From contig JAXJUX010000136.1 of NCBI GenBank assembly GCA_036308845.1, positions 1 to 47,927 on the forward strand: 47,927 bases of DNA. The letters are read 5' to 3'. A program made the translations under genes and the position numbers. The DNA is from Ruminococcus sp. (lineage in GTDB: Bacteria > Bacillota > Clostridia > Lachnospirales > Lachnospiraceae). Below are positions 20,948 through 30,560 of this stretch, piece by piece (positions within the stretch are counted from its first letter, which is position 1; each line of letters starts with the position of its first letter). The notes below the pieces were generated by a model. It saw only the letters and a program-made list of their open reading frames with translations. It ran no database searches and had not been told where the DNA came from.

Positions 20948-21085
20948 ATGTAGTTCCCCCTGAACTTATAATTTTTTGTCTCTGTACCCTCTCCAGAAAC
21001 ATAACTATGAGTATTATAACATAAAATATCTCTATTCTCTACGTTTCCTTGTATCATTCTGTGAATAAAAACGAACGACAAAAAA

Positions 21086-21107
21086 AGAATCTCGCTTGCG
21101 AGATTCT
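21086..21107. repeat. Second copy of the AGAATCTCGC palindrome; may act as the terminator of the XRE gene
   Basis: AGAATCTCGC-tt-GCGAGATTCT next to an A run. Confidence 0.7.
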
Positions 21108-21121
21108 CCACCTAAAAGTCT

Positions 21122-21358
21122 CTATTCTTCAACCTTTGTTACTAAAATATCCTCAATATGTACCTGAAAGAGCACAGATAATACAACCAGATTATCAATG
21201 GACGGAAGTGTAATCCCCCTTTGCCATTTGTAAATAGCCTGTGGCGTGGCAAATCCAAAAATATCCTGTAGTTCCTTTACTGTTATTCCGCTTTTTTTCC
21301 TTAATCTGGCTATATTTTTCCCCGTCTTGACCATATCTATGGTCGGCATATGCCCCAT
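21122..21358 (-). CDS. XRE-family HTH regulator
   Basis: GKNIARLRKKSGITVKELQ...PQAIYKWQRG..LPSIDNL; GAGGTG RBS (alternative start 21364). Confidence 0.9.
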   Translation of the reverse strand: MGHMPTIDMVKTGKNIARLRKKSGITVKELQDIFGFATPQAIYKWQRGITLPSIDNLVVLSVLFQVHIEDILVTKVEE

Positions 21359-21385
21359 CTTCATCACCTCGTAAATTCCCAATAA

Positions 21386-21425
21386 ATAGAAAACCGCCTA
21401 CCCTGTACACACAAGATAAGCGGTT
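21386..21425 (-). terminator. Attenuator-like intrinsic terminator upstream of the XRE gene
   Basis: Minus strand AACCGCTTATCTTGT-gtgt-ACAGGGTAGGCGGTT pairs fully using three G-U wobbles, followed by a U-rich tail. Confidence 0.75.
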
Positions 21426-21470
21426 CAAAAATTCTCATCAAAACAGAAGTTCATCAGATATCTGCAAACA

Positions 21471-21587
21471 TTACATTCTTCGCTTATGTCTATATGTGCA
21501 CAACAAACCCAAGCCCTGCATCATCTCCAGCGCCTGCATAGTATCTCTATTCAAATCGACCGCTATTTTTGTAATTCCTGTTTGCAT
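21471..21587 (-). CDS. 38-aa putative leader peptide (absent from the ORF track)
   Basis: AAAGGAG RBS; MQTGITKIAVDLNRDTMQALEMMQGLGLLCTYRHKRRM-stop. Confidence 0.6.
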   Translation of the reverse strand: MQTGITKIAVDLNRDTMQALEMMQGLGLLCTYRHKRRM

Positions 21588-21641
21588 ATCTGACTCCTTT
21601 CTGTGGATATCTCCACTTATTTTTGCGTTTCTGCTTTGTAC

Positions 21642-21684
21642 TATACCACAACTTTTATTTGATTGTCATTATACTTGTGGTATA
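21642..21684. promoter_or_regulatory. 10-bp inverted repeat overlapping the putative leader/XRE promoter
   Basis: TATACCACAA...TTGTGGTATA; minus-strand ATGACA-N18-TATAGT with extended TG. Confidence 0.5.
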
Positions 21685-21702
21685 CTTTTCCCCTAGGAAG
21701 TT

Positions 21703-22719
21703 TTATAATTTCTCCCCTTCATTCGCTTCTTCTACCGTCACCTGTTCTGTCGGCAGATCTTTTTCAAACCGTACCTGCAGGATTGCCTGTGGCCAGTTCA
21801 AAGAAACCCATGAATGTTTTTCCTTCTTTTCCGCTTCTTCTTCAAAAATCTGAAGCATTTCCAGCAGAACTTCCCTCGTCAAATATCCGCCGCGCCAATG
21901 AAAAATTAATATTTTCCCTTTTTTGGCCGCCTGTGCCGAACGCTTGCGCACATCTTCTATTTTTGTAAAAGACAGTTTCTTCTCTTTATAATAAAAATGA
22001 TCTCCATTCGGACATTCCGGCATTTTCCAGATTAACGGCTCGTGATCCCGGAATATCTGTTTATCAGAAAGCAGAAAATAATCGTAACGGATCAATTCCA
22101 TTTTACCTAATGTATTATCAAACGTAGCATCCAAATGGTAATAGATTCCGTTTACGCGAACAATATTCCATGCATGGCGATATTTGATTCCTTTTTCCGG
22201 ATTCGCCTCTGACAGTGCGATCACGCACCAGATACCTAATGCATCACACAATATTTTTACGGACTTGGCAATGCCCTCACAGACACCGACACCTTGTCCT
22301 AAAGGCCCAATGATTTCATGAGAATATGGTTTCTTTAATTTGTCATAGCGCACATTCTGGCAGACAAAATCATGTATGTATAACAATTTTTCTGTTTCAC
22401 TCAGCTTCATTGCCGGTCTTGCCAGCTTTTCCACACGGGATTTCATTGCTTTCTGATGATCTTTGATTTTATTCTTATCAAATAAGTACTCTGGAACCAT
22501 CTCTGCATTGCCAGATTCCTTAAAATAACGATAACTGAATTTGACAGTATAAAAAATCTCCGGGCAGTCCAGACGAAGGCAAAAATAAATGTCTGCCAGT
22601 TCCTTTGCCTCCAGACGTGGAATCTGAAACGACGGTGCCAACGCCTGCAAACCCGTTTTCATCGCGTGATAGGCTGCCTGTTGGGATTTATTTAATCGAT
22701 TGTAATAATAATGTTCCAT
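21703..22719 (-). CDS. Transglutaminase-like domain protein
   Basis: GVCEGIAK, HAWNIV and HLDATFD (Cys-His-Asp triad); GGAGAG RBS before ATG 22719. Confidence 0.88.
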   Translation of the reverse strand: MEHYYYNRLNKSQQAAYHAMKTGLQALAPSFQIPRLEAKELADIYFCLRLDCPEIFYTVKFSYRYFKESGNAEMVPEYLFDKNKIKDHQKAMKSRVEKLARPAMKLSETEKLLYIHDFVCQNVRYDKLKKPYSHEIIGPLGQGVGVCEGIAKSVKILCDALGIWCVIALSEANPEKGIKYRHAWNIVRVNGIYYHLDATFDNTLGKMELIRYDYFLLSDKQIFRDHEPLIWKMPECPNGDHFYYKEKKLSFTKIEDVRKRSAQAAKKGKILIFHWRGGYLTREVLLEMLQIFEEEAEKKEKHSWVSLNWPQAILQVRFEKDLPTEQVTVEEANEGEKL

Positions 22720-22853
22720 TGTTCTCTCCAAATGTAATTGATATTGGGATAGTATAGCATATTTTTGAAAATAGGACAGCTTTCTGTTGATAAATTTGTG
22801 TGTTGTATATATTTCCAATTTTTACACATACTATTTAAAAAAAGGAGGTCTCC

Positions 22854-23039
22854 ATGAAAAAATCAGAAAAAGAATCCACACTACCCGACTACGACTACTT
22901 AAAACCAGCATCCACCCAGGACTGCACGGGTCTGATCCCCGCTGGCATTGTGGATGAGGCTGAGATTGAAAACTATGAAGATTTGTATCCATTTCTTCCT
23001 TCTACTCTATCATATAAGAAAGACCAATCCAAAATTTGA
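22854..23039 (+). CDS. Small acidic hypothetical protein
   Basis: Very strong AAAGGAGG RBS; ASTQDCTGLIP motif; followed by a terminator. Confidence 0.75.
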   Translation: MKKSEKESTLPDYDYLKPASTQDCTGLIPAGIVDEAEIENYEDLYPFLPSTLSYKKDQSKI

Positions 23040-23051
23040 TTCTGGCAAATC

Positions 23052-23105
23052 AAAAAGTGCTTTCTGAACTTTGTATCAAAGACCAAATTTCAGAAAGCAC
23101 TTTTT
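23052..23105. terminator. Bidirectional terminator between convergent genes
   Basis: 17-bp perfect IR AAAAAGTGCTTTCTGAA / TTCAGAAAGCACTTTTT. Confidence 0.8.
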
Positions 23106-23113
23106 ATAAACAC

Positions 23114-24511
23114 TTAATTTCCCGCACGTTTTTTATTCAAAATCTCAATATTCTCATTCACTTTTTTTCTGCTCAAAGGATATATGAACAGCAATACCAA
23201 CCCTACCCCAATATAAAGGATTCCCGGAACCAGTGTCGCAATATTATAAATTCCATTGGCAACTGCCTGCGTCTGCACCTGAACGGTTTCATCGTATCCA
23301 ATCAGCGCCAGCGCATATCCACCAAGTCCTCCGGCCAATGCCTGTCCGATTTTTCTTGCAAAAGAATATACCGCATAAATCGTTCCGTCCTCACGTTTTC
23401 CGGTTCGCACTTCCTGATCATCAATCACATCAGTAATGATTGCCCAGATTACCATATTGAAAAATCCAAAACCGATATAACCAATAATGGAAATCCCGAT
23501 AAATAACGCAGAGGAATCCACCTGAAGGAAGAATAATAACAAAGAAGAACATCCTCCAATGATACATCCAATCGCACTGGCTTCTTTCTTTCCTAATTTC
23601 TTCGTGATTGGTCCTACAAATGGAACCAGAAGAAAGGTCGGCAACATTCCCAGGAGCGTCATAACAGACAACGCACCCTTATCCTTAAAATAGTCAATAA
23701 ATACATACTGATTGACAGACTGTGTCAACAAAGATGCCAGCAGCAACATGATCGCAGCAAGAATAATTCCCAAAAGCGCTCTGTTACTTCCCAGCGTTTT
23801 CAAAGTTTTCACAATTCCTACTTTTTCTCCATTCTGTTCCGGCTCAATCTTCACACGTTCTACGGTCATCCGATAGCAAACCAAATAACAGACAAAAGCT
23901 CCAATAGAAAAAATTCCGGCAATCAGAGTAATTCTTGGTCCTTCTACAATCTGATTTCCTGCCGCATCCGTTGTATAGATCAAGAACGGAGCTATTGTTC
24001 CGATCAACACCGATGCCAATGCCGCCCCAAGACTTCTAAAAGTGGACAGTGAAGCTCTCTCCTCTGGATCCGCACTCAGCGCAGATGCCATAGAACCATA
24101 GGGAATGTTGATGGATGTATAAAATACACTTCCCCACAAAATATATGTCACAAACATATAAACCACTTTCATTGTCATAGATGCATTTGCCATGGATGAC
24201 TGATACATCAGGAAACTGGCAATTGCCACTGGACCAGACATCCGCAAAATCCATGGACGGAAACGTCCGTTTTTACCGGTTTTCGTTTTGTCAACAATTC
24301 GCCCCATCGTAACGTCTGTAAAAGCATCCACACAACGAGATACCAGAAACAAAGTTCCTACCATTTCCGCAGAAACACCCAACACTTTCGTATAAAATAC
24401 CATCAGATACAAACTGGCAAAAATAAATGTGAAATCATTCCCAAAATCTCCAAACATGTACCCAACTTTGTCTCTCCACCCAAAAGGTCTTATCTGTTTT
24501 GTTCTTTCCAT
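23114..24511 (-). CDS. MFS glycoside-pentoside-hexuronide:cation symporter
   Basis: GYMFGDFG, GRFRPW, NIPYGSM and RASLSTFR motifs. Confidence 0.92.
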   Translation of the reverse strand: MERTKQIRPFGWRDKVGYMFGDFGNDFTFIFASLYLMVFYTKVLGVSAEMVGTLFLVSRCVDAFTDVTMGRIVDKTKTGKNGRFRPWILRMSGPVAIASFLMYQSSMANASMTMKVVYMFVTYILWGSVFYTSINIPYGSMASALSADPEERASLSTFRSLGAALASVLIGTIAPFLIYTTDAAGNQIVEGPRITLIAGIFSIGAFVCYLVCYRMTVERVKIEPEQNGEKVGIVKTLKTLGSNRALLGIILAAIMLLLASLLTQSVNQYVFIDYFKDKGALSVMTLLGMLPTFLLVPFVGPITKKLGKKEASAIGCIIGGCSSLLLFFLQVDSSALFIGISIIGYIGFGFFNMVIWAIITDVIDDQEVRTGKREDGTIYAVYSFARKIGQALAGGLGGYALALIGYDETVQVQTQAVANGIYNIATLVPGILYIGVGLVLLFIYPLSRKKVNENIEILNKKRAGN

Positions 24512-24678
24512 ATCCCTCTCCTTTTCGATATTTTTTTAACAAAGTCATAGTACCTTATATTTCTTTTATGCTGTTAGTACTTTATTTTGAATTTCCGTAT
24601 TATTTTTATATATTTTCTTATACTATTATGGAGCATTTTTCCGTTATATTTTCTGCATCATTCCAGCAAAGGTGGTAT

Positions 24679-25374
24679 ATGTGTATGTCCGTTTCCGAAA
24701 ACGATTCCAAAAATATTCATGTTCTGACGAGTATTTATCAGGAAGAAAATGAAATTATGCAGCTCGTTAGCCAAGGTGCTATTCATAAAATCGAAAAAAA
24801 ATTAACAAATTTTCACTTAAATTCTTTGGAACAGCGCTCACCAAATTCTCTGCGCAATACAAAAAATTATATGATCATTCTCAATACTCTTCTGCGAAAA
24901 GCTGCCGAAAAAGGTGGTCTCCATCCACTCCAACTGCATGAAATTTCCTCACATTATGCGTATAACATCGAACTTCTTCATTCTGAACGAACCGCTGTAC
25001 GCCTGGCAAAGGAGATGATTCGCAAATACACGCTTCTTGTAAAAGAGCATGCTATGGATGGATATTCGCTGATTATCAGAAAAACAATCGCACACATTAC
25101 CAGTGATTTCACACAAAATCTAACCTTGCAGACATTGGCTGACCTATTTGCTGTCAGCCCAAGCTATTTATCACATTTATTCAAAAAAGAAACGGGAGAA
25201 AATCTGAGTCATTTTATAAATCGAAAAAGAATAGAACACGCTGTTTATCTTCTGGAATATACAGATTTGCAGATACAGCAGATTTCACATGATTGCGGCT
25301 ATATAGATACCTGTTATTTTACAAAGGTTTTCAAAAAATTTGTGGGGAAAACGCCGACAGAGTATCGGAGTTGA
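24679..25374 (+). CDS. AraC-family regulator (short; start uncertain, 24679 or 24685)
   Basis: SPSYLSHLFKKETG; CGYIDTCYFTKVFKK. Confidence 0.82.
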   Translation: MCMSVSENDSKNIHVLTSIYQEENEIMQLVSQGAIHKIEKKLTNFHLNSLEQRSPNSLRNTKNYMIILNTLLRKAAEKGGLHPLQLHEISSHYAYNIELLHSERTAVRLAKEMIRKYTLLVKEHAMDGYSLIIRKTIAHITSDFTQNLTLQTLADLFAVSPSYLSHLFKKETGENLSHFINRKRIEHAVYLLEYTDLQIQQISHDCGYIDTCYFTKVFKKFVGKTPTEYRS

Positions 25375-25392
25375 GATTAATAACAGTAAAGA

Positions 25393-25419
25393 AGCGGACA
25401 GGTTTGATGCCTGTCCGCT
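25393..25419. terminator. Hairpin between convergent genes
   Basis: AGCGGACAGG...CCTGTCCGCT. Confidence 0.65.
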
Positions 25420-25441
25420 GTCTTATTATATCCATGTTCTA

Positions 25442-25861
25442 TTAAATACGTACTTTTCCAACAATCTTCTTCACTGTAGAAGGTGCTCCAACAGCTACTC
25501 CTGGTTTGTGGGAATCCTGTGGATACAAAATTGCATATCCGCCGTCTGTCAGTACGAAGTTTGCAGCTACTTCCGGCTGTTTGAAGAATACTACATCACG
25601 ATCCGGATCGTAAGGTTCGTCCACTTCCATTGCATCTGCTGCTGCAATTTCAATGGCTTCTTTTCCTTCCACTACATACTGAATATCTACGTAATTTTTA
25701 TGAGCTTCATGGCGTGCTACCATAGGATCTTTGGATTCGTATTTCTGAATCAGAAGATACAAATCATCATTGATCACTTTTTTACCTAATTCCAGTTCAT
25801 CATAATTCAGACTCTGAATCAGTTCTACGGCTTCACTGATTTTTTCTGCTAATGTTTTCAT
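25442..25861 (-). CDS. YhcH/YjgK/YiaL family protein
   Basis: EAHKNYVDIQY...G.E, P.DSHKP and KKIVGKV motifs. Confidence 0.9.
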   Translation of the reverse strand: MKTLAEKISEAVELIQSLNYDELELGKKVINDDLYLLIQKYESKDPMVARHEAHKNYVDIQYVVEGKEAIEIAAADAMEVDEPYDPDRDVVFFKQPEVAANFVLTDGGYAILYPQDSHKPGVAVGAPSTVKKIVGKVRI

Positions 25862-25879
25862 TTGTTGCTTCTCCGCTTA

Positions 25880-28131
25880 TTATTCTACTACATCAAATGC
25901 AATCAACTGTTTGTTGAGCGCTTTCATAACGTTTTCTGGAACATTACCCTGCATTTCCATTAACATATCGAATGAGAAGTTAGCAATCATTCCCCACATT
26001 GGCATATCTGGACCTAATTTTCCACCTGTAAGTTTGGAAATTACTTCCCATGCACCTTCATTCTTAACAAGATCTCCCATTGTGGATTTTACGCTTAATT
26101 TTCCTTCTGGGAATTCCATTGGTTCATCCAGATCAACATCGCCTACTGCTGTAAACCAGTTTGCAACGCCTTCATTTCCATCGTCGGAAACTGGAAGTGT
26201 ATAGATTTCTGGTTCTGTTTCTACTTTTTCAATTGTCATAGTATCTTTTACATCGCCAGCAACTGCAAGGAAAATATTTTCTCCATCTTTCATAGCAACA
26301 TCAAATTTGCAAATATGATCTACAGGAGCCTGTTCTCCAACCAATGCGCCGTTCATGTAAAGAGCTACGCTATCCTGGTTCGTGTAAACTTTGATTTCTC
26401 TTGTTTCACCAGCTCTCTGTGCATAACGTTTTCCGCACAGATGAACCATTGGTTCTGGATTCCAGTATGCTTTGTAAATATAGAAGCTGTCTTTTTTGGT
26501 CTTTCTGTCCATAGAAACAAGACCTTTGTTGTTACGTCCTGCTACGCCGCCTTCATCACGAGCTGCACAACCAAAGTCGAACATATTCCATACATGACTG
26601 GACCAGATCCATGGACGTTCATCCAGAACTTTTGCCATATGTTCATGATACAATGCCTGATAATCTTCGCTGTAATCTTTACATTTTGGTTCTGGACCAT
26701 GATAAGTCATGATACCTTCGCATCCATATTCGGATACACCAAGGCAGATTGTTGGATGTTTTGCATGGAAGTCATCCAGCCATGGACCATTGTCTTCCAT
26801 TTTCTTATTATACCATCCAAAGTAATGGTTGTAGCTTTCTGTATCTGTAATGTAATGCATTGGTCCATCTACTGGAGTAAATGAAACGTGTGCAATTGTT
26901 GTCAGACGTGTTGGGTCCATTTCTTTTGCCAACGCATTCAGTTCTTTATGATTTTCTACCAACTGTTCGGAAATACCACCGATCAGGATTTCATTAGAAA
27001 CGCCCCAGAACATAATAGATGGATGATTGTAGTTCTGAACGATCAATTCTTTCATCTGTTCGATACAGTTCTGATGAGCTGCTGGATTTTTGCTCATAAT
27101 AGAGATAAATGGAATTTCAGCCCAGATTGCAAAACCTAATTCATCACATGCATTATAGAATTCCTGTGAATGCTGATAATGTGCAAGACGGATTGTATTT
27201 GCACCCAGTTCTTTGATGATCAGTGCGTCATTGTAATGATCATCTTCTGTCAGTGCATTTCCGATGTACATCATATCCTGATGACGGGATACTCCACGCA
27301 GTGGTGTTTCAACGCCATTGATACTGAAACCTTTCTGTGGATCGCATGCAAATGTTCTTACACCTACGCGAACTTCCAGATCATCGTATGTTTCGTTTCT
27401 TCTCTGCAGCTGAGCAACTACAGTATAAAGATATGGGTTATCAAAATCCCAGAGTGTTGCGTCTGGAACGTAAATTGTTGTTTTTGTAGCATCTGCAGGA
27501 CGAACTGCGTATCCTACTTCTTCGCCTTCTTCATCGTAAATGCTGTACTGAACTGTGAAGTTTTCATCTGCATTTTTTACCCAGGATTCGATTTCAAATG
27601 TTGCACCGCCGCATTCGCATGGTTTTGGAGTAACCATGATACCAGGTCCACCATAATATTCCAGATCAAAGTGTGTATTTGGTACGCTGATAAGGTTCAC
27701 ACCACGATACAGACCGCCGTAGAATGTAAAGTCTGCATTCTGTGGATATACATAATCATTTGCTGCGTTTGTACATTCTACAACCAGAAGATTTTCGCCG
27801 TCTTCTTTGCAGTAATCTGTGATATCTGCACGGAATATAGAATATCCGCCTTCATGGTAAATCACTTTATTGCCGTTTACATATACAGTTGCTTCAGAGT
27901 TTGCAGCCAGAATTTCTACGAATACGCGACCGCCTGCCAATGGCTGTTTTGGTGTCTGGAATGTTTTTGCATACCAGTAATTTCCACGGTCATAACCACC
28001 GTTTCCATCGTTACTGCATTCCATGTGTGAGGCAAAGAAACAGTTTTCCAGTCTGCTGGATATTCTGCTGGCAGCCCCACATTTTCCTGAATAAATTTCC
28101 AGTTTTCATTGATATTAATAATATTTCTCAT
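25880..28131 (-). pseudogene. GH2 beta-galactosidase/glucuronidase-like, frameshifted near 28012
   Basis: N-terminus MRNIININENWKF...LPHTWNAV is in one frame; the rest (DGNGGYDRG, YGGLYR, GVSRHQD, IRLAHYQH, SNE, SEYG) is in another. Confidence 0.8.
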
Positions 28132-28306
28132 TTGAACCCTCCCTTGATTCATAATTTTGCTGCACATTGTTATCTCAACCGATAACCCAGTTATAATAAT
28201 TTTAATATACAAGTGTTTATTTTACAATAACCAGTATGCTGCAAACTGTTGTAAACGATGTGAAATTTTTCTTAAAATAAAAAAGAACCTGTAAACAGAT
28301 TCTTTC

Positions 28307-28490
28307 TTATTTTTCACTATCCATATGTTCATGAGATTCTTCCACTTTGATCTCCCAATGAATCAAAAACGTCAATGCACCACGCAGTAAGATAATGGCT
28401 CCCAAAATAATCAGTTCAGCCTGTTCCCGGACGATAACCGTTCGTAAAACCTCTCCGCCCAGCTTAAATTCCAGCGCCAATGCAATTTCT
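28307..28490 (-). pseudogene. C-terminal remnant of a DUF1622 family membrane protein
   Basis: IALALEFKLGGEVLRTV...LGAIILLRGALTFLIHWEI; the N-terminal helix and a plausible start are missing. Confidence 0.7.
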
Positions 28491-28532
28491 CCTGTCCGTT
28501 TTTTACCGAAAATAACAAGTACATTTATTATT

Positions 28533-29390
28533 CTATAAAATGTTACGCGTGTCAATCATAAAAGCAAGAACTCGTTTCGCTGATGTACACATATCTTGGG
28601 ACACACTCATTGGTGTACAGTTAACCATACACTCATAATAGCGATGAATCCGTGTTAATTCCGGTATCAAAGGACGCAGCTTCGGATGTATTTCATAAAG
28701 CAATTCTATCGTATATTCAAATTTTTTCCCTTTATTATCATACACCTGCTGCAAAACATTTTTTGGCAACATTTCATTACATCGTTTTTCAATTTGATCA
28801 TATAACGAAATAAATTCTGTAATGTTTCCCGTTCCAGTTCCCCTGCACAATCTCTTTTTCAATTTTGCAGCTTCTTTTTCTATACAGTTCGGATTCACAA
28901 CAAGTACCGAATAGTATAAAATCAATCCAATAGAAAAACAAACAAATACTAAAAATTCATTACAAAACAGACGATAAACGAAACCTATTTCTTTCCCTTC
29001 CGGAGCCGGACAATACATCAGTATAACGCTGCTAAATAACGTCATCAAAACATTAAATGTCAAATACCAAATCAAACCTTTAAATCGATTCTTAATACTG
29101 GCAACTACATAATCTAATGTAAAATCAGATGCAGTAATACCATCAATTCGAGAAAGAAAAAATGTGTATCCTGCCATAGTAATACCATAAAGCCCAGCAA
29201 TAATCTGCGAACATGTAGTAATTATCGTTCTCCACACATCAATACTCGGAAAAAAATCTTCCTTCGCAGACAACCAAAATACAAAAATTTGTGACGCAAC
29301 TGTCAAAAACGTAATTGTTTGAAAGGACATCACTTTAATCACCAGCGATCCCTGTTCAACTGCATTTTTCTTCAGTTTCTTTTCCAACAT
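28533..29390 (-). CDS. Hypothetical membrane protein (about 4 TM helices plus a cytoplasmic C-terminal domain)
   Basis: 285-aa ORF with AGGAGGGG RBS and hydrophobic segments. Confidence 0.75.
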   Translation of the reverse strand: MLEKKLKKNAVEQGSLVIKVMSFQTITFLTVASQIFVFWLSAKEDFFPSIDVWRTIITTCSQIIAGLYGITMAGYTFFLSRIDGITASDFTLDYVVASIKNRFKGLIWYLTFNVLMTLFSSVILMYCPAPEGKEIGFVYRLFCNEFLVFVCFSIGLILYYSVLVVNPNCIEKEAAKLKKRLCRGTGTGNITEFISLYDQIEKRCNEMLPKNVLQQVYDNKGKKFEYTIELLYEIHPKLRPLIPELTRIHRYYECMVNCTPMSVSQDMCTSAKRVLAFMIDTRNIL

Positions 29391-29574
29391 CAGAAATTCC
29401 CCCTCCTGTTTTATCGCATTTCCTAATTGTTAAAACAATTTTATTATATGGAAACCCTGCTTACAACAATCAAATTTTTGCATTTTGCTGTAAATTTAAC
29501 ACTTTTATGCAAAATGTATTTTCTATTCCATGTATAGTAAAAATTTTACTTTTCGGGAAGTTTTTGCTTAAAGA

Positions 29575-30195
29575 TTATACACCTAATAATTTCACTAACT
29601 CCAAATGTGGTCTCTCCACGTCTGCCTGATATATATTTACATGATTGATATCCGCACTTCGATCCGTGAACGCCGGGAAAATAAATCCACATTCCGGCTT
29701 TCCTGCTTCATAATCTCCCGTCACCGGACAAATTGTACAAATGATATATTCATACACTTCTTCCGATTCCCCCACACGTTCATGGTCGGATGCTTTCACC
29801 GGTACGTCATATCGGTCATGAAATAAGTACACCGCATAATCATGATTGGTTTTATAAATTTCTCCTACCAACTCATAAAAGGTATCCAACAATGCATCAT
29901 TTTTCAAACCACTTGTCTTAATCCCCATCAAAAGCTGCCACATACTTCCAGCTTTCATAGCATTTGGAGCAAATTTATATTGTTTCAGGTTTTTATTTGT
30001 TTCTGCAAAGGGAATTGTTTTTGCAATAGCAAGATTCTTTTCTTTGTCTGTTCCCGAGAGTTTTAAAAAGTTCGTATTAAACGTACCATCCACAAAACCA
30101 TCCGCATCCATATAACTGCCTGCGATTCTTGTCATGGATGTTCTTTTTGGGGTCATGCGTCTGGTTAGTTCCAGCATGTCTTCTCTATTTATCAT
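29575..30195 (-). CDS. DUF4317 family protein (short form)
   Basis: ELTRR..., TRIAGSY.D, HDRYDVPVK and SEEVYEYIIC.ICPV, GFIFPAFTDR motifs. Confidence 0.8.
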   Translation of the reverse strand: MINREDMLELTRRMTPKRTSMTRIAGSYMDADGFVDGTFNTNFLKLSGTDKEKNLAIAKTIPFAETNKNLKQYKFAPNAMKAGSMWQLLMGIKTSGLKNDALLDTFYELVGEIYKTNHDYAVYLFHDRYDVPVKASDHERVGESEEVYEYIICTICPVTGDYEAGKPECGFIFPAFTDRSADINHVNIYQADVERPHLELVKLLGV

Positions 30196-30560
30196 AATCT
30201 ATATCCTTCCTATATTCTACATTGACTCAAATTGTACATTCACTGTATTTTATCAAATCCTTTTTTACCTTGCAACTTTCTCCCCAGGTTCCATATATTG
30301 GAAAACGAATTTCTTTGTTTTTATATTCGATAATGTACAAATCACTAAGAATACTGCGAAATTTGTCGAACGATTTTTCTTGTAACCGACACACATTTCT
30401 TATAAAATGAAGTTGTCTCAATTTCAAGCCGTATCATTTTAGCATACTATGTAGCTATCTGTTTTACATGCAGTATGATATCGTTTGAAACACATCTCAT
30501 ACAGAATGCAAAAGCATATCTTTGTATTTACCCTCAAAAAATAAACAAAAAGGAGGTTAC

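Noticed and set aside
30196..30560. Possible repeat array or ncRNA upstream of the Rpn gene
   Set aside because: I found no periodic repeats or strong stems; a CATACTAT sporulation-like -10 is too weak on its own
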